Translations under genes and position numbers: made by a program
In this document: positions 25,514-35,049 of the stretch, piece after piece
How positions within the stretch are numbered: position 1 is the stretch's first letter
Layout of the letters: each line of letters begins with the position of its first letter
Notes under the pieces: model-generated
What the model was told of the DNA's origin: nothing
The model's input: only the letters and a program-made list of their open reading frames with translations
Databases searched by the model: none
DNA from: a virus
Lineage: Duplodnaviria > Caudoviricetes
Reading direction: 5' to 3' (one strand)
IMG/VR virus record: IMGVR_UViG_3300046115_000122
Coordinates: 1 to 61,879 of that record
Length of the DNA stretch: 61,879 nucleotides

Positions 25514-25764
25514 TGAAAGTCAACACCGCCTACTGTGCCGGCCTGCAGCGCTGCAGTGCGTGCGGGTACACGCAGTTCACGTTCTGGCCGCTCCGCCAGG
25601 ACCGCGGGCATAGCGCCTTCGAATGCGGTGACTGCGGCGAACTGGCTGCGGAGATCCACGGTACGGCAGTCGTCGTGTGGAGTGGGTTGTTCGGCGAACT
25701 GGCGGCGGCCGCATGCCGTGAGGCCATTCGGGCCACGGAGTTGCGCGGGCGATTCCATTCGTGA
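25513..25764 (+). CDS. Small Zn-ribbon protein
   Basis: CSACG...CGDCG; coupled start. Confidence 0.55.
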   Translation: MKVNTAYCAGLQRCSACGYTQFTFWPLRQDRGHSAFECGDCGELAAEIHGTAVVVWSGLFGELAAAACREAIRATELRGRFHS

Positions 25765-25788
25765 GGGCCCGATGACTGGAGGTCGGTG

Positions 25789-26172
25789 GTGATAGTGCGT
25801 TGCCACTCGTGCGATCGCGTCTATGACGATGCGGAGTGCTGGACGATCTGTCCGCACGGGCCGCTCTGGGCTGGCGTCAGCGCGTACTGCCCGCTCCACG
25901 ACCTCGTCCACTGCCCGAACCACCCGCCGACGCGGGGCCCGGACGGCTGCTACGGCCTGTTCACCGTCGACGACGCGGCGCTGCTCGGCGGCGTAAAGGT
26001 ATTCCTGGACGGCGTCGAGTTGACGGAGACGTTCTGCGCGGACGACCGCCAGGGCTGGGTCGCGCGGTACTGCGACAGCCCGCCAGCGACCCATCCAGAC
26101 CGGCCGGACGACGTGCGGACCGAGGTCCTGGTCGGACGCGTGCGAATCGAGCGGAAGGGCGCGGCGGCATGA
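25789..26172 (+). CDS. Hypothetical Cys/His-rich protein
   Basis: GGAGG RBS; CHSC..YDD..CPH. Confidence 0.6.
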   Translation: MIVRCHSCDRVYDDAECWTICPHGPLWAGVSAYCPLHDLVHCPNHPPTRGPDGCYGLFTVDDAALLGGVKVFLDGVELTETFCADDRQGWVARYCDSPPATHPDRPDDVRTEVLVGRVRIERKGAAA

Positions 26173-26414
26173 CGCCGCTGGAATGGCCCGTGGACCCGCG
26201 CGGTCAGTGGTCCGCGCGGCAAGTACCCTACGTGCTCGAGGCGAACGCCACGTTCTGTCTGGAGCGCGGGATCGAACTCCGCGTCCTCGACATCAGCACG
26301 TGGGGTGAGCCGTTCTGTCGCCTGATTACCGTTCACTGTCGCCGGCACGCCGCGCGGATCGACATGGACGCGGGCTGCCCACGCTGTGTGAAGGAGTCGA
26401 CCGATGCCGATTGA
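26169..26414 (+). CDS. Hypothetical protein
   Basis: ATGA overlap. Confidence 0.55.
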   Translation: MTPLEWPVDPRGQWSARQVPYVLEANATFCLERGIELRVLDISTWGEPFCRLITVHCRRHAARIDMDAGCPRCVKESTDAD

Positions 26415-27897
26415 CAGCCCGTGTGCGGAATACGAGAAGGCGTCAGCGAAGTGGCAGAAATGCCGCGACGTCATCGCCGGCGGCGACGCTATCAAAGGCA
26501 ACCGGGTGCTCTACGTCGCGAAGCCGTCAGGAATGGACAAGGACGACTACAACGCGTACATCGAGCGCCCGGAGTTCTTCAACGCCACTGCCCGAACGGT
26601 GCAGGGGATGAGCGGCGCCATCATGCGACGCCCGCCTACGCACGAGGCTCGGCCGGACGTCGAGAAACTGTTCACCGACGTCACGCTCAACGGCCGCGCG
26701 CTGGAGAGCTTCGCGGCGGACGTCCTCAAGGAGACCATGTCGGTGGGCCGCGCCGGTGTGCTCGTCGATATGCCACCCGCCGGCTCAGAGAACCAGCGGC
26801 CGTACTGGGTCCTGTATACCGCCGAGCAGATCTTCAACTGGCGCGTGGTCGTCGTCGATGGGAAACGCGTCCTGCGGCTCGTGGTGCTGCGCGAGTGCGC
26901 GAAGACACCGTCGCCAGATGACCCATACGTGATGGAGGAGGAGATCACGTACCGGGAATTGCGGCTACTGATGTCGGACGGCCCGCGGCCGGTCCCGACC
27001 GGGTACGTGCAGGTGATCTGGCGGAAGGTCATCACAGCCTCCGACGACGGGACGAAGAAAGAAGAGTGGGTCGCGGACGCCCCGATTGCGATTGTCCGCC
27101 GCGGCGAGGCGCTCACGTTCATCCCGTTCGTGTTCTTCAACGCGGACGACAACGAGACCGACATCAGCGAGCCGCCGCTCAACGACCTCGCGGACGTCAA
27201 TGTCTCGCACTTCCGCACGAGCTGTGATTGGGAGCACGGCGCGCACTACACCGCATGCCCGACGCCGTGGGCTGTCGGCGTACCCACGCAGACCACGCTC
27301 AAGATCGGCAGCGGGACAGCGTGGATTCTGAACGACGGCCCGCACTCGAAGGCCGACATGCTGGAGTACAGCGGCCAGGGCCTCGGCGCGCTCGAAGCGC
27401 TCGTCGACCGCAAGGAAAAGCGGATGGCAGTCCTTGGCGCACGGCTGCTCGAGCAGCAGGCCACGCACGTCGAGACGGCGGAAGCGGTCCGCCTGCGACA
27501 GCGGGGCGACGAGAGCGTCATGGTCCGCCTCGCGAACACCGTCAGCGCCGGCCTGACGCGCGCCCTGCAGTGGACGACGTGGTGGATGGGCTCCGGGAAG
27601 CTCGAACAGTCGGAGATCCAGAAGGCCAAGATCACGCTGAACACCGACCTCATCGAAGTCAAGATGGACGCCCCGACGATGACGGCGCTCATGGGCCTGT
27701 TCCAGGGCGGCGCGATGTCATTCGAAGTGCTGTTCCACAACCTCAAGCAGGGTGAACTGATTCCGGCTGGGCGCACGCTCGAAGATGAGCAAGAGGCCAT
27801 CGAAGGCGAGGAGCGCAAGCGGCTTGATATCACGAAGGAGGAGCTCGCGGCGGCGAAGGCGCCGGTCATCGCGCCAGCCGGAGGGACCGGCGTATGA
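26404..27897 (+). CDS. Portal protein (DUF4055-like)
   Basis: 497 aa after terminase; FFNATARTV.G, GRAGVLVD, PYW..YTAEQI.NW, PPL.DLA..N..H, MAVLGARL. Confidence 0.9.
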   Translation: MPIDSPCAEYEKASAKWQKCRDVIAGGDAIKGNRVLYVAKPSGMDKDDYNAYIERPEFFNATARTVQGMSGAIMRRPPTHEARPDVEKLFTDVTLNGRALESFAADVLKETMSVGRAGVLVDMPPAGSENQRPYWVLYTAEQIFNWRVVVVDGKRVLRLVVLRECAKTPSPDDPYVMEEEITYRELRLLMSDGPRPVPTGYVQVIWRKVITASDDGTKKEEWVADAPIAIVRRGEALTFIPFVFFNADDNETDISEPPLNDLADVNVSHFRTSCDWEHGAHYTACPTPWAVGVPTQTTLKIGSGTAWILNDGPHSKADMLEYSGQGLGALEALVDRKEKRMAVLGARLLEQQATHVETAEAVRLRQRGDESVMVRLANTVSAGLTRALQWTTWWMGSGKLEQSEIQKAKITLNTDLIEVKMDAPTMTALMGLFQGGAMSFEVLFHNLKQGELIPAGRTLEDEQEAIEGEERKRLDITKEELAAAKAPVIAPAGGTGV

Positions 27898-27918
27898 CCG
27901 AACGTGTTGAGGTGGTCC

Positions 27919-28332
27919 ATGGTCGCGCGTAGTCGAGACAAGCTCCGTCAAGTGCTCCAGACGCAGCCGCGGGCTTGCGGGGCGGCGTGCATCGCGATGG
28001 TCGCCCGCATGAGCCTTGAGGCCGCCGAGTACATCAACGGCGGAGGCCTGACGACGACGCGGCAGCTCGTCGCCGTGCTTCGCGCGTTGAAGCTCAAAGT
28101 CCCGCACCCAGTGCTGGTGGACGTCGCGAAAGGCCGGCAGCCACGCCCGGGCGACATCGTACGGCTGAAGTGGCCGACGGGCGGGCACTGGGTCGTTAAG
28201 GCCGACGTCGGCTACTTCGACCCGATCCATGGCCACGTGCCAGACGAGTCGTTCTACAAGGGCCTGGAGAAGCCGGGCGTGGTGACGAGCTTCCTGCCGA
28301 TTGGCTGGGATCCGCTCGCCAAGGAGACGTAA
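27919..28332 (+). CDS. Peptidase C39-like cysteine protease
   Basis: Q....CGAACIAM, HWVV, FDP: Cys-His-Asp pattern. Confidence 0.8.
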   Translation: MVARSRDKLRQVLQTQPRACGAACIAMVARMSLEAAEYINGGGLTTTRQLVAVLRALKLKVPHPVLVDVAKGRQPRPGDIVRLKWPTGGHWVVKADVGYFDPIHGHVPDESFYKGLEKPGVVTSFLPIGWDPLAKET

Positions 28333-28334
28333 CG

Positions 28335-28825
28335 ATGGCGACCGACGACAAGGGCCAGGAACTGAGCACGACCAGCGGCGCGCCGGTGGAGGAGGTCCGG
28401 CCTATCAAACCGCCGAGACCGGGCAGCACGCCGCGTACATCGTCCTCAGCGAGGAGGAGCGCGCGAAGGGCTTCATTCGCCCGTACCGTGACGCGTACAA
28501 GCACGTTGGGCAGCGGCCGACGTACCCGACCCGCGATCTGACCACGGAGGAGCACGAACGCTACGACAAGTTCGGCTACGTCTCCTTCGAGGCGTACCCG
28601 GATGACGCCCCGGAGAAGGGTGGCACCTCGGTGACTGGGCGGTATTGGACGCTCGCGCAGTTGAACAGCGGCGGCGGTGCCGTCACGACGATGGGTCGCT
28701 CGCTCTCGGAGACCTACGCACGTGACCCGACGTTCTACGGCTCCACGTTCTGCACGCGCTGCAACCGTCACCGTCCCGTGTCTGAGTTCGTCTGGACGGC
28801 GGACAACGCCGTCGTCGGTTCCTAA
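28335..28825 (+). pseudogene. Conserved phage protein split by a frameshift near 28400
   Basis: RBS and ATG 28335 (MATDDKG...EEVR) are out of frame with GQHAAYIVLSEEERAKGF...ETYARDP.FYG.TFC. Confidence 0.6.
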
Positions 28826-28839
28826 GCGAGGAGGAAGTA

Positions 28840-29103
28840 ATGATTCGCTGTTCCGAGTGCGGCGGCACGCGCCTCGACCCGTCGTCCGTGACGTGGCGAC
28901 GGCCGACGCGGTTTTGGCGGTTCTGGGCCTGGCGGGACGTCGACGAGGTCACGCAGCCAGACGACACGTGGGAGCGCCTGGAACTACGCAACCTCCACGT
29001 GGCGCTGGACATCCGCGTGCCGTTGCCCACGTGGGTCCTGCACGCAGTCGTGTGGTTCCGCAGGACGCGGCAGCGAATGGCCAGACGTTGGAGGGGTGTA
29101 TGA
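28840..29103 (+). CDS. Hypothetical protein
   Basis: GAGGAGG RBS. Confidence 0.6.
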   Translation: MIRCSECGGTRLDPSSVTWRRPTRFWRFWAWRDVDEVTQPDDTWERLELRNLHVALDIRVPLPTWVLHAVVWFRRTRQRMARRWRGV

Positions 29104-29366
29104 GCGACGACTCGTTCACGCACGAACCGTTGCCGTACGTAATCACGCTGCGCAGCACGTTGGACGACGACGCGCCGCCGACGGTGCGCGAGTTCAAGGT
29201 GACGGCCTACAGCCTCTTCGAGGCGGTGATCCAGGCCACGGTCGAAGCAGGCGGCTCTGGGCTCGCGGATGAAAAGCACAAGGCTGAGCGTATCGCCCCG
29301 GACCTCGACGCCTACTGGAAGGTGAAGGCGTGGCGCGAGGAGATGGCGAGGACTCATGGCAAGTAA
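29100..29366 (+). CDS. Hypothetical protein
   Basis: GGAGG RBS, ATGA overlap. Confidence 0.6.
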   Translation: MSDDSFTHEPLPYVITLRSTLDDDAPPTVREFKVTAYSLFEAVIQATVEAGGSGLADEKHKAERIAPDLDAYWKVKAWREEMARTHGK

Positions 29367-29544
29367 GGCGCGTCGCCCAGTGGACGTCGGCATCAAGCGC
29401 ATCCAAGCCTCCGCACGACAGCTTGAGGTCGCGTTCCGTCAGGCTGGAGCGGCACTCAGCGAACTGTCGCTGGAGGTCGATCGACTCAGAAAGGTCCTGC
29501 AGTTCGTGGAGATGCAGCGGCGGCGCCCGCGCAAGGGCTCGTAA
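29356..29544 (+). CDS. Small coiled-coil protein
   Basis: GAGG RBS. Confidence 0.5.
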   Translation: MASKARRPVDVGIKRIQASARQLEVAFRQAGAALSELSLEVDRLRKVLQFVEMQRRRPRKGS

Positions 29545-29547
29545 GTG

Positions 29548-30417
29548 ATGGAGCCTGAGTGGCGCGCTATTCATCGAATCGCCGACCGGCTCACGCCGGA
29601 GCTTCGTCGGGCGTTCCTGCTCGCCGTCGAGCAACTCCGCGGCCGCGTGAGCGTCGAGACGCTCGCCATCGCCCTGTCGACAAATCGGGTGGCGGCCGTG
29701 GAGTTCGTGTTAGACCCGGACCAGTTCGCGGAGCACCTGCGTCCGGCCGTCGCCGTCGTGAATGAAGCGTTCGCTGCCGCCGGCGCGGTCGCGGCGCGAC
29801 ACCTGGGCGCCGACGTCGGATCGGCGATGTCGTTCAACCGCACGAACCCGCAGGCGGTGCGCGCGGTCGATCGCGTCGGCGCGGTGCTGGTCAAGAACAT
29901 CACCGACGAGACGCGCGTTGCGATTCGGGAGGTAGTCAAGCGCGGATTCACGCAGGGCATCGCGCCGCGCGATTTGGCCCGGATGATTCGGGAGATGGTC
30001 GGCCTGTCGGAATCCGACCAGATGGCGGTGATCAATTACCGCTTCGGCCTGCTCAAGCAGGGCCTCCCGGCCGACCGCGTGGACCGCTTGGCGCGGATCT
30101 ACGCGGACAAGAAGCTGCGGGAGCGGGCGCTGACGATCGCGCGCACCGAGGTTCTCAACGCGAGCAACGAGGGGCAACTGGAACTATGGCGGCAAGCACG
30201 TCGCGACGGCCTCGTGAGCGAGCCGCTGAAGGTGTGGATCGTCACGCCGGACGACCGCCTCTGTCCGCGGTGCCGGCCGATGGACGGTCAAACGCGCAAA
30301 CTCGACGAGCCCTTCGATACGCCCCTCGGGCCACGCCAGCGGCCGACGCTGCACCCGCGGTGCCGGTGCGCGATGGGGCTGAAGGTGGCGACGGTCACGC
30401 GCGCGCGAGTCGCCTGA
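29548..30417 (+). CDS. Minor head morphogenesis protein (Mu gpF / SPP1 gp7-like)
   Basis: RALTIARTE, W..T.DDRLCPRC..MDG, PTLHPRCRC. Confidence 0.9.
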   Translation: MEPEWRAIHRIADRLTPELRRAFLLAVEQLRGRVSVETLAIALSTNRVAAVEFVLDPDQFAEHLRPAVAVVNEAFAAAGAVAARHLGADVGSAMSFNRTNPQAVRAVDRVGAVLVKNITDETRVAIREVVKRGFTQGIAPRDLARMIREMVGLSESDQMAVINYRFGLLKQGLPADRVDRLARIYADKKLRERALTIARTEVLNASNEGQLELWRQARRDGLVSEPLKVWIVTPDDRLCPRCRPMDGQTRKLDEPFDTPLGPRQRPTLHPRCRCAMGLKVATVTRARVA

Positions 30418-30619
30418 CGCCGCCGGCGGAACGGCACACCGCCATCGCGTTGGTCGTCCGCCTGCGAACGATCATCGCGCGACTGGCGGACACGATGGGG
30501 CAGGCGGACCCGTCGATCGAACCGTCGATCACGCGGGTGGAAAACGACCTGGCTGAGCTCGTGGACCGCGTCCACCAGCGCGTGCTGCGCCAGGCGGTTC
30601 GGGATGCGCGGCACGGACG

Positions 30620-30937
30620 ATGAGCGACCAGTGGGTGACAGCCGTCGTCACGTGCACGCGCTGCACCCGGTCCTGGCAGGCCGTCTACCTGTCGCGGATC
30701 CGGCTGCTCGAGTGCCCGTTCTGCGAGAAGTTCAGCGTCTGGTCGCCACAGACGGCGCTGCGGTGTGAAGCGCCCAAGCTGGGACCGAAGGCGGAGGCGC
30801 GACCGCCGCGCGTTCCCTGGGTACTCACGGACTGGGACAAGAAGGCGCTGCGAAGTTATCGGATTGACGTCGAGGAGCCGGGGCCAGATCCGAAGCCAGA
30901 GGACACGGCGCCGTCCAAGGAGAAACCGTGCGAGTGA
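30620..30937 (+). CDS. Zn-ribbon hypothetical protein
   Basis: CTRC..W.AV....LECPFC. Confidence 0.6.
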   Translation: MSDQWVTAVVTCTRCTRSWQAVYLSRIRLLECPFCEKFSVWSPQTALRCEAPKLGPKAEARPPRVPWVLTDWDKKALRSYRIDVEEPGPDPKPEDTAPSKEKPCE

Positions 30938-31116
30938 TTCGTCGCGTGCTGATATGGCTGGAGGCCCGGCGGGTACGGCGCAAGTACCGGCAAGCGAGCG
31001 AGCAACTCGCCTACATCGTGCGCATGCTCGAAGACAACCGCACGGTGCGTGAGCACGTGCGACGAGCCTTGTTCAACGACCCCCACGTCAAGGTCGTGCA
31101 ACGCGGGCGGCGGTAG
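30928..31116 (+). CDS. Hypothetical protein
   Basis: AAGGAG RBS. Confidence 0.5.
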   Translation: MRVIRRVLIWLEARRVRRKYRQASEQLAYIVRMLEDNRTVREHVRRALFNDPHVKVVQRGRR

Positions 31117-31377
31117 ATGCACCTCAGCATGAGCGACGATCAGTCGGCACCCGGCCGGCGCCGCGGACGCAAGCCTCGGGTTCCCGGGCAACCCGTCACC
31201 CGGTTCAACTTCGAGCTGACCGAGCAAGAGCACGCCGACCTGCTGGAGACGGCACGCGAGCTCGGGACGCATCCGTCTGACTTTCTGCGCGAGGCGGTCA
31301 ACGAAGCGGTGGCAGACTTTCGGGAGCGAAAATTGTTCGCCCCCGGCCGACGGCGGCGTCACAGTCGCCGGCACTGA
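31117..31377 (+). CDS. Ribbon-helix-helix regulator
   Basis: RGRKP..VTRFNFELTEQEH..L...A..LG..PSDFLREAV. Confidence 0.75.
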   Translation: MHLSMSDDQSAPGRRRGRKPRVPGQPVTRFNFELTEQEHADLLETARELGTHPSDFLREAVNEAVADFRERKLFAPGRRRRHSRRH

Positions 31378-31387
31378 CGGTCGCCCT

Positions 31388-31426
31388 ATTCCCTGCGTAG
31401 GAAATTCGCGGCGGGTCTGATCATCG
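31388..31426 (+). repeat. 39-bp direct repeat, copy A (candidate late promoter/operator)
   Basis: ATTCCCTGCGTAGGAAATTCGCGGCGGGTCTGATCATCG; 38/39 identical to 39669-39707. Confidence 0.95.
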
Positions 31427-31467
31427 GTGCGTTCACCTCCCCGCCTTTTTGACGGAGCCGACCGCCG

Positions 31468-31851
31468 ATGTCTGACGAGAAACCGAAGACGCTGCCGGAG
31501 CGGATCGACGCCTGTGTCGCGAAGGTCGCGCCGAAGGCGTTCGCGTACTTCCAGGCGCACGGCCGCTGGCCCCATCCCGGCTCGTTCGCCGAGGATGGCA
31601 CCGCGATTCCGCCCGCCGTCTCGCTCAAGGACCGCCTGACGCGGTTTCTCGCGGAGGGCCTGGCGGAGAAAGACGCCGCCGACTCCGCGCAGCGCGCCGA
31701 CGACCAGCATCGCCGCTGCCCGTACGTCATCCAGACCCTGTCGGAGAACCGTCGCCGCCTCACGATTACGAACGCCGACGGCGACGTCGTGACCGGCGTC
31801 GGCGCCGACATCGAGGCGGCCATCGCCGCTGTGGAGGCCAAGCTGTCATGA
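31468..31851 (+). CDS. Hypothetical protein
   Basis: GGAG RBS; first gene after the repeat. Confidence 0.7.
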   Translation: MSDEKPKTLPERIDACVAKVAPKAFAYFQAHGRWPHPGSFAEDGTAIPPAVSLKDRLTRFLAEGLAEKDAADSAQRADDQHRRCPYVIQTLSENRRRLTITNADGDVVTGVGADIEAAIAAVEAKLS

Positions 31852-32615
31852 ACAGCATCCGCACGGGTGGTGACGCGCAGCCGAACGGCGAGCTGGACCT
31901 CCAGCGCACGCGCGATTTGGGCGTGCTCCAAGGGATGCCGATCAAGCCGGGCCTCCGCTGGCACCTGACGAACTGGCTCCGCTACCGCCGGCGCGACATG
32001 CCCAAGGTCCTCGCGACGCGGTTCCTGGGGCAACTGCCGGGGCTCTGCACGTACGAGGCGCGGCTGTACGCCACCGTATATCGCGCGCCGTGGGCGTCGC
32101 TCGCGCCCTGGCAGGTGGCCAAGCTCCGCGCGCTGCTCGCCGAGAACGCGCTCGTCTTCGAGTTGCCGCGCTTTTTCGGCGGTGAGCTGTGTCACTACGG
32201 CCTGCTGTCGACGCGCGTGGTCACGACCGCCGGCGTCAACTTCATCGTCGACGCGTTCCAGAATACGACTGAGCTGGAGAACCTCAAGTTCCACGGCTTC
32301 GGCACCGGCACGAACTCGGAAGCGTCGGGGGACACCGCCCTCCAGACCGAGGAGACGACCCAGTACGCGACCGACAACACGCGGCCGACCGGGTCGACGA
32401 CAGAAGGCGCGAGCGCGAACATCTACCGCACCGTCGCGACGTATAGCCCGGACTCCGGCGGCACGCGCGCCATCACCGAGCATGGCGTGTTCAGCCAGGC
32501 GGCGACCGGCGGCGGCACACTGCTCGATCGCTCCGTGTTCAGCGCGGTGAACCTCGTCGCCGGGTCCGATTCGCTCCAGACGACCTACGACCTCACGTTC
32601 ACGGCTGGCTCGTAA
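31848..32615 (+). CDS. Probable virion structural protein (fibre-attachment-like)
   Basis: VVTTAG.N, GFGTGT..DTALQTE, ITEHGVF, GTLLDRSVF pattern of fibre N-terminal domains. Confidence 0.7.
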   Translation: MNSIRTGGDAQPNGELDLQRTRDLGVLQGMPIKPGLRWHLTNWLRYRRRDMPKVLATRFLGQLPGLCTYEARLYATVYRAPWASLAPWQVAKLRALLAENALVFELPRFFGGELCHYGLLSTRVVTTAGVNFIVDAFQNTTELENLKFHGFGTGTNSEASGDTALQTEETTQYATDNTRPTGSTTEGASANIYRTVATYSPDSGGTRAITEHGVFSQAATGGGTLLDRSVFSAVNLVAGSDSLQTTYDLTFTAGS

Positions 32616-32637
32616 CGCCAGCGCAAGGAGAGAGCCC

Positions 32638-33102
32638 GTGCGTGTTTCCAGTTTCGTGATGGCCGCGGCCCTGCTCATCGTGGCCGGCGAGCCCGTGCAG
32701 GCGCAGACGACCGGTCCCTGGACGATGACGGCGCAGGCCAATCCGGACCACAACACCATCGCGCAGACGGTGAACGTGGTCGCGTCGTACGAGTTGACCT
32801 TTACGCCACAAGGTGGGGTCGCGCTGCCGGCCCTCAACCTGGGCAAGCCGCCGCTGGTCCCGTCGTGCACGATCGCTGGGGCGACGGTGCAGAACTGCCT
32901 CGTGGTGGACATCAACACCGCGGTGAACGGGCTGCCGCCGGGGACATATACGGGCACGCTCAAGGCGGTCGGACCGGGGGGCCAGGCGGTCTCCCCAGCC
33001 GGCCCAAGTTTTCCACTAACAGTCCCTGCGCCGGGTCCGCAGGGAGCGCCGGGTATTTCACGGTCGGGCACCGCGTCGCGGCAAGCGACGCCACGACGGT
33101 AA
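32638..33102 (+). CDS. Secreted Fn3/Ig-like protein
   Basis: Signal peptide ending VQA-Q; LPPGTYTGTLKAVGPGG. Confidence 0.7.
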   Translation: MRVSSFVMAAALLIVAGEPVQAQTTGPWTMTAQANPDHNTIAQTVNVVASYELTFTPQGGVALPALNLGKPPLVPSCTIAGATVQNCLVVDINTAVNGLPPGTYTGTLKAVGPGGQAVSPAGPSFPLTVPAPGPQGAPGISRSGTASRQATPRR

Positions 33103-33166
33103 CGCTCGAAATTACGGTCACGGACTGCGCGGGCGTCGCGCGGACGACCTGGGTGCTGTTCCCCCG

Positions 33167-34054
33167 ATGACGCCGCGTCGTACTGCTCCCGTCGTGCTCA
33201 CCGCGCTCGGCATTGCTGTGCTGATCCCGCTGCTGGTGGCGTCGCCACGACTGCCGGAGGCGCCCGTGCTCCGCGCGGTAGCGGTGGCTCCGGCATCAGT
33301 CCAGCTCGCCTGGGACTTCAATCCGCTATCGGACTTCGTCGATCGGTACTACGTCGGGTACCGGACCTCCCCGACTGGGCTCGAGACGCTCGTCGACGTC
33401 GGCAACGTGAACACGTGGACGCTGACGACCGCCGTGCCGGGCACGACGTACATTTTCCGATTATTTGCCGAGAACACCACCGGCCGTAGTGGGCCCTCGA
33501 ATGAAGTCAGCACGACGATCCCTGGAGGGCAGGTGCCAGCGCCAGGGCCGCAGGGCGCGCCAATCATCGCGCGCGCGCCGCCGGTGTCGGCCACGGTGCG
33601 GATCAACTTCCAGCCCGCCAGCGCGCCCGTGCCCACGGGCTACCTCGCGGACGTGGGGCTCGTCTACGGGGTTCGTGGCAATGGGCAGACCTACGGCTGG
33701 ACGACCGACAACACGGGCCAGGCGCGCGATCGCGACTCCCCGCTCTCGCCGGACCAGCGCTACGACACGCTGAACCAGCTGCAGCGGCCAGCCAATCCCG
33801 ACGCGGTGTGGGAACTGGCCGTCGCCAACGGCACGTACACGGTGCGTGTGGTCGCCGGGGACCCGGTATTCGTCGACAGCACGCATCGGCTGACGGTCGA
33901 AGGGGTGGTCGTCGTCGATGGCACGCCCACGACGGCCGCGCCATGGCTTGACCGCACCGCGACGGTCATGGTAATCGACGGACGACTGACGCTGCGGAGC
34001 GCAGCAGGGGGCCTCAACAGCAAAGTCTGTTTTCTCGAAGCCACCCGGCAATAG
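33167..34054 (+). CDS. Exported Fn3 + galactose-binding-like beta-sandwich protein
   Basis: Hydrophobic N-terminus; Fn3 (VQLAWD..Y.VGY..PGTTY.F...AEN..G.S..SNEVS); second domain INFQP...YGW...WELAVANGTYTV. Confidence 0.75.
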   Translation: MTPRRTAPVVLTALGIAVLIPLLVASPRLPEAPVLRAVAVAPASVQLAWDFNPLSDFVDRYYVGYRTSPTGLETLVDVGNVNTWTLTTAVPGTTYIFRLFAENTTGRSGPSNEVSTTIPGGQVPAPGPQGAPIIARAPPVSATVRINFQPASAPVPTGYLADVGLVYGVRGNGQTYGWTTDNTGQARDRDSPLSPDQRYDTLNQLQRPANPDAVWELAVANGTYTVRVVAGDPVFVDSTHRLTVEGVVVVDGTPTTAAPWLDRTATVMVIDGRLTLRSAAGGLNSKVCFLEATRQ

Positions 34055-34067
34055 TTCGGAGGAGCCA

Positions 34068-34346
34068 ATGCCGATTCCCGTGAACATGAACGACCTGCCG
34101 ATTGTCGGCCAGGTGCTGAAGGTCCATGGCGGCTTCATGACCGCCACGATGACCTGCCAGTGCAAACCTGGGAACCCGCCGCTGCTGCTCCGTGGCGTGG
34201 ACAACCTCGTGCCTTGCCGCGCGTGCGGGCGCGTGTTCGCGATCACGAAGGTCACCTACGACGCGAGCAAAGGCCCGCAGATGACGTTGGACTGCTCCGT
34301 CGTGCAATTCGGCAGCGGGGACGGCGCGCCGCCACCCGGTAACTGA
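34068..34346 (+). CDS. Zn-ribbon hypothetical protein
   Basis: GGAGG RBS; CQC...CRACG. Confidence 0.65.
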   Translation: MPIPVNMNDLPIVGQVLKVHGGFMTATMTCQCKPGNPPLLLRGVDNLVPCRACGRVFAITKVTYDASKGPQMTLDCSVVQFGSGDGAPPPGN

Positions 34347-35047
34347 TGGCGACCGACCCCTCGTTCGTTCGTGTCGCCGCCGACGGCGCTGGCAAAGCGA
34401 TCCGCAATCTGTCGCTGTACGTCCTGCAGCCGGACGGCACGCCAACGCTCGTCCAGATGCAGGCGACGGCCACGGTCGACGAGGACGGCAACGTCGTCGA
34501 CACCGACCTCAAGCCCGTCCTCGACGAACTGCTCGAGGTCAACACCCGGATCGCGGGCTGGATGGAGTTGCTCGTCGGCGCGTTCGGCGGCGGTTCGCCC
34601 GTGGCAGGCCAGGGGGAGCTCGCCTCGTTCCTGGGACGCACGCAGCTCCAAGCGCCCGCGGCGCCGTCGCAGTTGGTCAGCGGGATCGGCGACATCTTCG
34701 GTCGGCAGATCACGATCCCGTGGGGCGCACGGGACCTCTTCCTCCCCGGGTTCTCGGGGACGTTCTCGGACACGACGAGCCACACGCTCGTGGCCGGGGT
34801 CAACGATACGTTCCTCGACCTGGCGATGCTGCTCATCAGCAACACGTCGGCGTCGACGAACACGCGCGTGGATGTCAGCGATGGCGCGAACACCTACCCA
34901 TTCATGAGCATCGGCAGCGCCGGCCCGGTCGGGTTTTCGTCCGGGCTGATTCTGCCAGCGACGACGCGCGGCGCGGGATGGACGATCCAAGCGGCGGCCG
35001 CGGTCACGGACCTGCGCGCGTTCGCGCTGTTCGTGAGGAATAAATAG
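34346..35047 (+). CDS. Probable virion-associated protein
   Basis: Coupled ORF, Thr/Gly/Ala-rich. Confidence 0.6.
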   Translation: MATDPSFVRVAADGAGKAIRNLSLYVLQPDGTPTLVQMQATATVDEDGNVVDTDLKPVLDELLEVNTRIAGWMELLVGAFGGGSPVAGQGELASFLGRTQLQAPAAPSQLVSGIGDIFGRQITIPWGARDLFLPGFSGTFSDTTSHTLVAGVNDTFLDLAMLLISNTSASTNTRVDVSDGANTYPFMSIGSAGPVGFSSGLILPATTRGAGWTIQAAAAVTDLRAFALFVRNK

Positions 35048-35049
35048 CC

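Noticed and set aside
32865-33170. Overlapping frame ending TLEITVTDCAGVARTTWVLFPR as a frameshift product
   Set aside because: No convincing slippery site or RBS found.
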